Source of the DNA: Azolla caroliniana
Lineage: Eukaryota; Plantae; Polypodiophyta
Reading direction: 5' to 3'
NCBI GenBank assembly: GCA_043228905.1
Contig: JBHGNT010001416.1
Span: forward strand, 1-8,788
Length of the DNA: 8,788 nt
This document shows, piece after piece, positions 1 through 6,573 of this stretch. Numbering within the stretch: the first letter of the stretch is position 1; every line of letters begins with the position of its first letter. The notes beneath the pieces were generated by a model that saw nothing but the letters and a program-made list of their open reading frames with translations, was not told the origin of the DNA and did not search any database. The position numbers and the translations under genes were made by a program.

Positions 1-1574
1 ATTACAAAGAACCTATTGTCGGTCCATGAGATCGTTGAGTAGGTGATGTAGGTGCGGTTCTCGCACCTCGGGTGCTTCATAGAGGAAGACGGTCGGATAA
101 TCGCGCAAGGGCGCAGGGACGGGAAGCTGTTCATCCTCTACACCAACGACGTCGGCACCGCTATGTTCGCAAAAGGATAGAAGATCGAATCAGCCATCGA
201 TCTCTAACACAAGTGGATCGGCCACGTCAACTACCGGAGGCTTCAGGACATGCAATTGAAACAAGCTGTTTTCGGATTGTCAAAATTTATTGGACGGAAG
301 GCCCAAATTTGTGAAGCCTACCAACTCAACAAGCAACACCGACTTCCCTTCCCCACTGAAAGGAACTGGAGCCGTAACAAGCTTGATCTAATACATTCAG
401 ATGTATGGGAACTGGCACAAAACGTTAGTCTTGGTGGGAGCCGATATTTCGTCTCCTTCATCGACGACTACAGCCGGCACGCATGGATATACCTGATTGA
501 AAGGAAAAGTGAAGTTTTCGACTGTTTCCAAAACTTGCAAAGTCTAGTTGAATGAGAAACAGAAAGGAAGATCAAGTACCTACAGTCAGATGACGGAAAA
601 GAATATTTTTCTAGCCAATTTAACAGTTATATGCAACAAATGGGAATTCAGAGAGGATTCAGTTGCAGATACACACCGGAACAAAACGGTGTGACCGAAA
701 GAAAGAACCGGTCGATTGTCAACGCGGCAAGGGCAATGTTGGAGGAGAAGAGTATGCCCGTGTTTTAATGGGTTGCGGCGGTTCGAGTGACTGTCTACAT
801 CCAAAACCGGATTGTGGATAAGGTGTCAGCACACAAGCTGTATTTCGGGCAGAAACTGAACTTGAGGCACCTTAGGATATTTGGTAGCATAGCTTATGTG
901 CATGTACCGAATGAGAAGTGGCGGAAGCTGGACCCAAAGTCGGAGAGATGCATACTAGTCGGCTACTCTCATGAGCAGAAGGGGTATAAGTGCTATAAAC
1001 CCCAGACAAAACAAGTTCGAGTGAGCCGAGATGTCGAATTTGATGAGTCAACATCATGGTACTCTCTTCCAGTTGCGATGTCCGACTTCGACCCGATTCC
1101 AGAGGATGAGGCCAGTGAGACCAAAACGATCCGGGCAGAAGAAGAAGAAGAATTCGGTACTCTAGATGAGAGTCTGATCTCATTTCGGCTGAGTCGGTCG
1201 AATGAAGCGTTGAGTCGGAAGGACTAGCAAGATGATGAGCTAGTGAGTAGCGACGACTCGGCTGTGCTCTCCCCGCGTAAGAAACCAACGAGACGATTCA
1301 CATGCAAGGAAAAGGGGAAAAAGAAGATGTCGGAGTATGACACCGATAGAGACGAGTTAGATTAGAGTGAATACGACTCTGGAAAGAACGAAGACAGACC
1401 TTCGGGAACAAAGTTTGAGTTGGCCAAGAGGGCCTTGCAATCGGTGAACGCGAAGATACGGCGATCGACCTGGCAGAAGAACCCCGTCAAAAGGTATGGT
1501 ACAATGAGTACATGGTGCATCACTATGTGTACATGACGAAAGTGGTGGAAGTGCATGAGCCAAAGAGCTACGCA
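1..1574 (+). mobile_element. Ty1/copia retrotransposon remnant, copy A: end of protease region, GAG-pre-integrase, integrase core and linker up to the RT start; pseudogenised and truncated by the window edge
   Basis: Frame +1 reads ITKNLLSV...L*HKWIGHVN...CEAY...DLIHSDVWE...FIDDYSR...QSDDGKEY...EQNGVTERKNR...KLDPKSERCILVGY...VSRDVEFDE, which are copia integrase motifs interrupted by in-frame stops. It is collinear with 3127-3862 plus 6574-~7380. Homology ends at GAGCTACGCA (~1574). Confidence 0.95.
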
Positions 1575-1677
1575 AGAAGCAAAAAGAAGTAAGAAAGAAG
1601 AACAGAAGAGATGACGACGAAGAAGAAGAAGGAAAAGAAGAAAAAGAGAGAAATGAAGACAGAAACTTGTGCTGACT

Positions 1678-1772
1678 CTGAGTGTGATAATCATAGAAGA
1701 TAGAAGAACAAGAAGATGATGAAGAAGATAGAAAAGAAGAGAGATACCTATCCTGAGTGTGATAATCATAGA
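1678..1772. repeat. Perfect 20-bp direct repeat CTGAGTGTGATAATCATAGA (1678-1697 and 1753-1772) in a GAA-rich tract
   Basis: Two identical copies 75 bp apart; a weaker third copy (ATAATCGTA) lies near 1795. Confidence 0.85.
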
Positions 1773-1849
1773 CGATTCCTAAATCTATGAAGGCATAATC
1801 GTAAATAATTACAATTTGAAGTAAAACATCGTGATACACACTTAAACTG

Positions 1850-1857
1850 ATTTATAG
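1850..1857 (-). promoter_or_regulatory. Putative TATA box (CTATAAAT) of the truncated LTR
   Basis: ATTTATAG on + is CTATAAAT on -, the plant TATA consensus. It lies between the TG terminus and the pyrimidine-rich leader. Confidence 0.45.
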
Positions 1858-2029
1858 AATAAGTGAATGTCTACATCCATATTATAAGTATTTTAGGATG
1901 TGAAATGTTCAAATGTCTTATATGCCTTTTAGGATGTAGAATTATAATGTACATCACAAAATTGTGTAAACATAGATGCTTTTTACAATATTACAAATTT
2001 TAGAAAGGTAAATAATTTTCAAATTCTAG

Positions 2030-2182
2030 AAGTATTTAACGTACTATACGTAAAATACGTACTTTACGTATTTTATAAGTATTTAACATATTAAAAAAAC
2101 CTATTTAACATTTTTTTAAATTGGGAGGTACTATACGTGTATTAACACGTTATACGTATGGTATTCGTACTATATATAACGT
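2030..2182. repeat. Cluster of short ACGT/TACGTA and TATTTAAC repeats with inverted repeats
   Basis: Eight ACGT cores (2039, 2048, 2057, 2066, 2135, 2147, 2154, 2179). GTACTATACGT occurs at 2041 and 2128. An 11-bp perfect inverted repeat TAAAATACGTA-ctt-TACGTATTTTA spans 2051-2075. Confidence 0.85.
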
Positions 2183-2190
2183 ACCTAACA

Positions 2191-2580
2191 ACCATGGAGT
2201 CCGGACCAGCCTGCAATGAGAAATGGTTCCAACAAATTATCAGACGCCTTATCAACTTAACTATCACCCGACCCGACATCAGTTATCCGATCTGAGTGAT
2301 TAGCCAATTCATGCAGAAGCTGACCGTGGAGCACCTCCAATGTGCACACCGGATACTCCGGTATGTTAGTGGCACTAGGGATAAGGGTCGGTTATACCGA
2401 TAGGATATAACTGAAAAGCTAGTCAGATATACAGATGCCGACTGGGCTGGTGATGCATCGGATCTCCGGTCCACCTCCAGATACATGTTTTCTCTTGGTA
2501 GCACGACTGTTGCATGGAACAACAAAAAGCAGTCAACCGTAGCTTTGTCAAGCACGGAAGTGGACGCCACCATTGCCACA
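2191..2580 (+). pseudogene. Copia RT C-terminus and RNase H N-terminus fragment (probably the remainder of copy A)
   Basis: Frame from 2191 reads ...LINLTITRPDISYPI*VISQFMQ...HRILRYV...YTDADWAGDASDLRSTSRYMF...VAWNNKKQSTVALSSTEV. It is paralogous to ~8173-8558. Confidence 0.93.
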
Positions 2581-3862
2581 TGGAAGTGGCTGGCAAGAGC
2601 AGAATCAAAGGCACAGAGACGGTGCCGAGAGCAGTTTTGGACCCTCCACAAGCAAGGGGAGTCAAGTCGGAGCCGGAAATCGGCACTCGAAAATTGACAC
2701 AGAATGCTGGTACTGTGGCAACAAAGGCCATAGAGAGGGCGAGTATTGGAAGAAGCGTGCTGATTTGGATAAATCTGGATCCGGGAAGGTTGGACAAGGG
2801 AACTGGCAAAGCTCGCACTACGTAGAAGGATCGAAAGATCCAAAACCGGGAAGACCGGAAGAGGGCCAGTCTTCCTAATGAAACACAAGGCGAACTCGAT
2901 GAAAAAGACCACTTCCGGATCAGAGGAAGTATGGTATGTTGATTCTGGAGCGTCAAACCACATGACGAGCCACGAAGAGTGGTTCTCGTTTTTGGAGAAA
3001 CCGAAACAACCGGGAATCGACGAAATCAGAGAAGACACCCCTCACCTGATTGTGCATGTCGGAGAAGTCCCTTTAAGCCATGTTGGACAAAAGGGAAAGC
3101 TGATAAACGCACTACACGTTCCAAAAATCACAAAGAACCTGATGTCGGTCGGACAAATCATCGACCAGGGAATGTAGGTGCGGTTTACGCACCTCGGGTG
3201 CTTCATCGAGGAAGAAGGCCGGATAATCGCGCAAGGGCGCGAAGAAGGGAGGATGTTCATCCTCAATACAAATGACGTCGGCACTGCCATGTTTGCCAAA
3301 GGACAGAAGATTGTATCAGACATCAATCTTTGGCATAAGCGGATCGGCCACGTCAACTACCGAAGGCTTCAAGATCTGCAATCGAAATAAGTTGTGTTCG
3401 GATTGCTGAAGTTTAGTGGTCGGAAGGCCCAAATATGTGAAGCCTGTCAACTCGGGAAGCAACACCGACTTCCATTCCCCACCGAACGAAACCGGAACCG
3501 TAACAAGCTCGATCTAATCCATTCGGATGTATGGGGACCAACACAGAACGTTAGTCTTGACGGGAGTCGGTATTTCGTCCTCTTCATCGACGATTACAGC
3601 CGGCACATGTGGATCTACCTCATCGAGAAGAAAAACGAAGTCTTCGACTGTTTCCGGAACCTTTAAAGCTTAGTTGAAAGGGAAATAGAGAGGAAGATCA
3701 AGTGCCTGCAGTTGGATGGTGGAAGAGAATACTTTTTCGGCCAATTCAAAAGTTATCTGCGGCAAAAAGGAATTCAGAGAGAATTCAGCTGCCGATATAC
3801 ACCGGAACAAACAGTGTGGCCGAAAGAAAGAACCGGTCGATTGTCGATGCGGCAAGGGCAAT
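2581..3862 (+). mobile_element. Ty1/copia copy B, 5' part: gag C-terminal zinc knuckle, aspartic protease, GAG-pre-integrase and integrase core; pseudogenised
   Basis: Motifs in order: CWYCGNKGHREGEY (CCHC knuckle, last C to Y), WYVDSGASNHMT (protease), LWHKRIGH...CEAC (HHCC), SDVWGP, FIDDYSR, DGGREY, VAERKNR. Stops at 3175, 3388 and 3664; frameshifts near 2855 and 3812. Confidence 0.95.
3858..3862 (+). repeat. 5-bp target-site duplication GCAAT (second copy at 6569-6573)
   Basis: Identical pentamer directly outside both LTR ends. The uninterrupted paralog has a single copy (GGGCAATGTTGGAG, ~732-745). Confidence 0.92.
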
Positions 3863-4209
3863 TGTTGCCTGTAGGAGTTGTATGGGGCAGTATAAGGGTA
3901 AAACACATTAAAGGGGTTGTTTTGTTGTGTAATGTAGAAGAGTGTGAATGAGGATAAATATTTGTGTAAACACATGCATAATTATGTGCATGTGACAAGC
4001 ATGTAATGGCCTTCTTTTTGTAATGGTCATATTATTAGCCGTTACACTATGTAGTATATAAACCCTTTATGGGGTATGTAATGAAGAGACATTTTTCCCT
4101 CTCATTTTCTGTGTCATGTTTATTTCTCTCTTACTCTCGTTTCCTCCCACGTAACCCCCTTGGGAGGGGGATGAGGGCATTCTAGGCTTCACCCCCCCAC
4201 CCAACAACA
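3863..4209. repeat. Left LTR (347 bp), TGTTG...CAACA
   Basis: Aligns without gaps to 6222-6568 at offset 2359, with 17 mismatches by manual count (~95% identity). Has a perfect 5-bp terminal inverted repeat. Confidence 0.95.
4055..4062 (+). promoter_or_regulatory. Putative LTR TATA box TATATAAA (also 6414-6421)
   Basis: Present in both LTRs and followed ~30 nt later by a CT-rich R/U5-like tract, which suggests + transcription. Confidence 0.5.
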
Positions 4210-4213
4210 CTTT

Positions 4214-4230
4214 TGGCACACTCAAACGAC
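4214..4230 (+). promoter_or_regulatory. Degenerate primer-binding-site-like motif TGGCACACTCAAACGAC
   Basis: TGG starts 4 nt (CTTT) after the left LTR. It resembles the tRNA-Arg-type PBS TGGCACGCCC..GGGAC (recalled from memory), with several mismatches. Confidence 0.4.
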
Positions 4231-4247
4231 AAACCTCCCTTGAGAAG

Positions 4248-4250
<3 letters not shown>

Positions 4251-4288
<38 letters not shown>
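4251..4288. repeat. (TC)19 microsatellite
   Basis: Uninterrupted TC dinucleotide run. Confidence 0.97.
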
Positions 4289-4295
<7 letters not shown>

Positions 4296-4706
4296 AATAA
4301 GCTCTTTGGCTATGGTGGCACTACCACTAGTACTACTATTGTAACAAAGTACAATACTTTTCTCTCTATCTTCCTCATCCTCATCGTTGTTCTTATTTTA
4401 TATTTGGAAGAAAAGCCTTCGGCCTTCAAGACAGAAAAAGTACACCGAGGCAGAAGCACTGATTGTATGGGGAGATCATAGTGATCTGTCTCTTATGATA
4501 TAGCTACAACAATCACAAGATCAGAAGAAGGGATCTAGAGTCTCAAAGATTCATCCTCCATAGCCAAGTCACAAACATCATGTGGTTTTCTTCCCCAAAC
4601 TGCTATCATATTTTCCTTGCCATCACCATGGCTTCTCCATCTCATATCGTTCTCTTGCCTAGAAGTCTTGTCTCTTGCATTGGGACCTCGATCTACCCCT
4701 AACTTT

Positions 4707-4769
4707 AGAGACAAAGAGGAAGGCTTCAATGTGCAAGTTCTTGTTCGTTGCAGGCTACTCAATAAGGAG
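4707..4769 (+). pseudogene. Captured fragment resembling the N-terminus of a plant kinesin-5 (BimC/KRP125) motor domain
   Basis: Within ORF 4617-4904, RDKEEGFNVQVLVRCRLLNKE matches the plant kinesin-5 motif DKEKGVNVQV(L/I)LRCRP(L/F)S.E. The P to L change is a single C>T. Upstream SLALGPRST weakly resembles the SLSP..TPRS leader. Confidence 0.7.
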
Positions 4770-4926
4770 GTCATTTTTTCACCATTGAGTGACATATGGA
4801 GTCACCTCTTTCTTCCGCCTTGTCTTTCTGATATATCTATGAGCTTCCATCACTATCCCTCTCTCTCTCACTCAAAGAAGAGTGCCCTACATTCCATTCT
4901 CTAGTTTTCGTGTTTGCAATCCTCCT

Positions 4927-5356
4927 ATGACTACCAATAAAGATGGTCCAATAGTCATAGTCTACCTGTGGGAGTGTGACAACATGATCGTGTGGAGATC
5001 ATTGCCACGATCAAGGGAATCAAACCACTCGTTCCTATGTCGCCTTCACCAATACTAAGAGGCATAATTGGTGATGCCGCTAAGAACCAGGTGACCATGA
5101 ATCCTATCAACATAGTTTTCGATCCAAATGTCTTATTCAGAGGAGATTCTCAGATGCATCAGTTCAGATTGATGTGAAGCTATGGCCATTCAAGGTACTA
5201 TCAGGGCCTGGAGATAAACCAATGATAGTGGTCTAGTACAAACGTGAAGAGAAACAATGTGTGGCAAAAGGAGATATCTTCCATGGTATTGATAAAGATG
5301 AAGGAGATTGCTGAAAGCTTTTGTTGGGGGGAGTGTCAAGAATGTTGTTACTGTCC
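4927..5356 (+). pseudogene. HSP70: Captured 5' fragment (roughly the first 150 codons) of a cytosolic HSP70/HSC70 gene, degraded
   Basis: Across frameshifts it reads MTTNKDGP...VGV*QHDRVEIIA/DQGNQTTRSYVAFT/IGDAAKNQVTMNPINIVFD/RRFSDASVQIDVKLWPFKVLSGPGDKPMIVV*YKREEKQ/EISSMVLIKMKEIAE/AFVGGSVKNVVTV. This is the plant cytosolic HSP70 ATPase N-terminus. The GIDLGTT motif is deleted; stops at 4977 and 5234. Confidence 0.95.
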
Positions 5357-5437
5357 GCGGATGGCGACGGTAGAGTCAGCCGGACAGTTGGTCCGGCAAC
5401 CGACGATAGCGACCGGCCGAATAGGCAGTCAGCAGAC

Positions 5438-5523
5438 GACAAACGGGAGCCAGAACGAACAACCGGTGGACAAACAACCAGACAAACGGGAGCCAGAACG
5501 AACAACCGGTGGACAAACAACCA
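5438..5523. repeat. Perfect 43-bp tandem duplication
   Basis: GACAAACGGGAGCCAGAACGAACAACCGGTGGACAAACAACCA at 5438-5480 and 5481-5523. Confidence 0.95.
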
Positions 5524-5659
5524 CACCTAACCGGCATAGACAACTGAACAGAGGGACCACTAGTTGGTTAGACAAAGGGATGGACAACCGCCGAGCCGAC
5601 GTTCGACAGCCAGCCGGACAGATGGTGACAGATGGCCATGGACATAGAAACGGCCGAAC

Positions 5660-5820
5660 GAAGAGCAAGACAGAAGGAGAGGAAGGAGAAGTAGTAAGGG
5701 TGAAGAGGAAAAGAGGAAGAGGAGGAAGAAGAAGCAGAAGAGGAGAACAACACACAAGAAGAAAAGAGAAAAGAGGAGAAAAGAAGGAAATTAAGAAAGA
5801 GAAGAGGGGTATGAAGAGAA
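5660..5820. repeat. Purine-rich (GAA/GAG) low-complexity tract
   Basis: Almost exclusively A/G on +. It produces the K/R/E-rich and F/L/S-rich ORFs on the two strands. Confidence 0.8.
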
Positions 5821-6202
5821 AATTTAGAAACATAAGGGCTGAGAAGATGAAATTTCGAAAACTCAAGGGCCGAAAATAAAATTTCAAAAAACCTGAGGGT
5901 AAAAATTTTAGAGACCAAGGGTACAAAATACAAAGTTCAATTCACATGATGAAACCGAAAAATACACATACATGTAACAGAATCATGAAAGACCCATGTC
6001 GCAATGGATGAGCTAATTGGTGTGTGATCCAATTGAGCGACATGCTGACTGAACGAGAAGGTTCGAGTCAAGCAATGCTCCGATCGAAGTTATCAATCAT
6101 AGAGCTATGATCCGGTTGATGGATTTCCGACCGTTGAGACGAACGATGGAGTTCCGATCGTTAATAGTTGCCATGGTGAGTGGGTTTACCGTACGATGCA
6201 CT

Positions 6203-6219
6203 GTCCCACATGCGTGCCA
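6203..6219 (-). promoter_or_regulatory. tRNA-Arg-type primer binding site TGGCACGCATGTGGGAC
   Basis: The + strand reads GTCCCACATGCGTGCCA, ending in CCA 2 nt before the right LTR. It resembles the plant tRNA-Arg 3' end GTCCCAC(C/T)GGGCGTG-CCA (from memory) at 7+8 nt. Confidence 0.65.
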
Positions 6220-6221
6220 TG

Positions 6222-6568
6222 TGTTAACCGTAGGAGTTGTATGGGGCAGTATAAGGGTAAAACACGTTAAGGGGGTTGTTCTGTTGTGTAATGTAGAAGA
6301 GTGTGAATGAGTATAAATATTTGTGTAAACACATGTACAATTATGTGCAAGTGACAAGCATGTAATGGTCTTCTTTTTGTAACGGTCATATTATTAGCCG
6401 TTATACTATGTACTATATAAAACCTTTATGGGGTATGTAATGAAGACACATTTTTCCCTCTCATTTTCTGTGTCATGTTTATTTCTCTCTTACTCTCGTT
6501 TCCTCCCACGTAACCCCCTTGGGAGGGGGATGAGGGCATTCTAGGCTTCACCCCCCCACCCAACAATA
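6222..6568. repeat. Right LTR (347 bp), TGTTA...CAATA
   Basis: Direct repeat of 3863-4209. The terminal CA is mutated to TA. Confidence 0.95.
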
Positions 6569-6573
6569 GCAAT

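Larger units (their letters stand above)
1575..2190 (-). mobile_element. Truncated LTR-like segment of an unrelated retroelement, antisense to the copia
   Basis: The minus strand starts TGTTAG exactly at 2190, where copia homology resumes. It continues through an AT-rich U3-like region with ACGT repeats, CTATAAAT at 1857-1850, and a CT-rich leader. No CA end or TSD is visible on the left; that boundary is uncertain (1575-1586). Confidence 0.65.
3863..6568. mobile_element. Complete non-autonomous LTR retrotransposon (2,706 bp) carrying host gene fragments, nested in the copia B integrase
   Basis: Two 347-bp direct repeats with TGTT...CAACA/CAATA termini are flanked by GCAAT on both sides. Removing the insert restores ...DAARA-MLEKKSMP of the integrase (compare 727-750). 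No gag/pol motif lies inside. Orientation is ambiguous. Confidence 0.93.

Noticed and set aside
1678-1772. CRISPR-like repeat-spacer pattern
   Set aside because: Only two repeats with a low-complexity spacer, in a eukaryotic retroelement context with no cas genes.
1357-1839. Minus-strand ORFs of 160 and 135 aa rich in S/F/L
   Set aside because: Products of the GAA-rich low-complexity tract plus antisense copia sequence; no domain motif.
2850-2880. Programmed gag-pol frameshift
   Set aside because: Better explained by a short ACCGG(G)AAG duplication in a decayed copy; plant copia usually has a single gag-pol ORF.
2283-3356. Long minus-strand ORFs (251, 177 and 104 aa)
   Set aside because: Antisense shadows of copia gag/pol; two of them cross the RNase H-gag deletion junction.
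4927-5356. Functional HSP70 gene
   Set aside because: Multiple frameshifts, two stops, deleted GIDLGTT motif, and truncation after ~150 codons.
5429-5933. Hydrophobic, membrane-protein-like minus-strand ORFs (possible env-like)
   Set aside because: Explained by the polypyrimidine complement of the 5660-5820 purine tract; several frames give similar F/L/S strings.
6005-6075. tRNA gene
   Set aside because: B-box-like motif present, but no acceptor, anticodon or T stems could be built.
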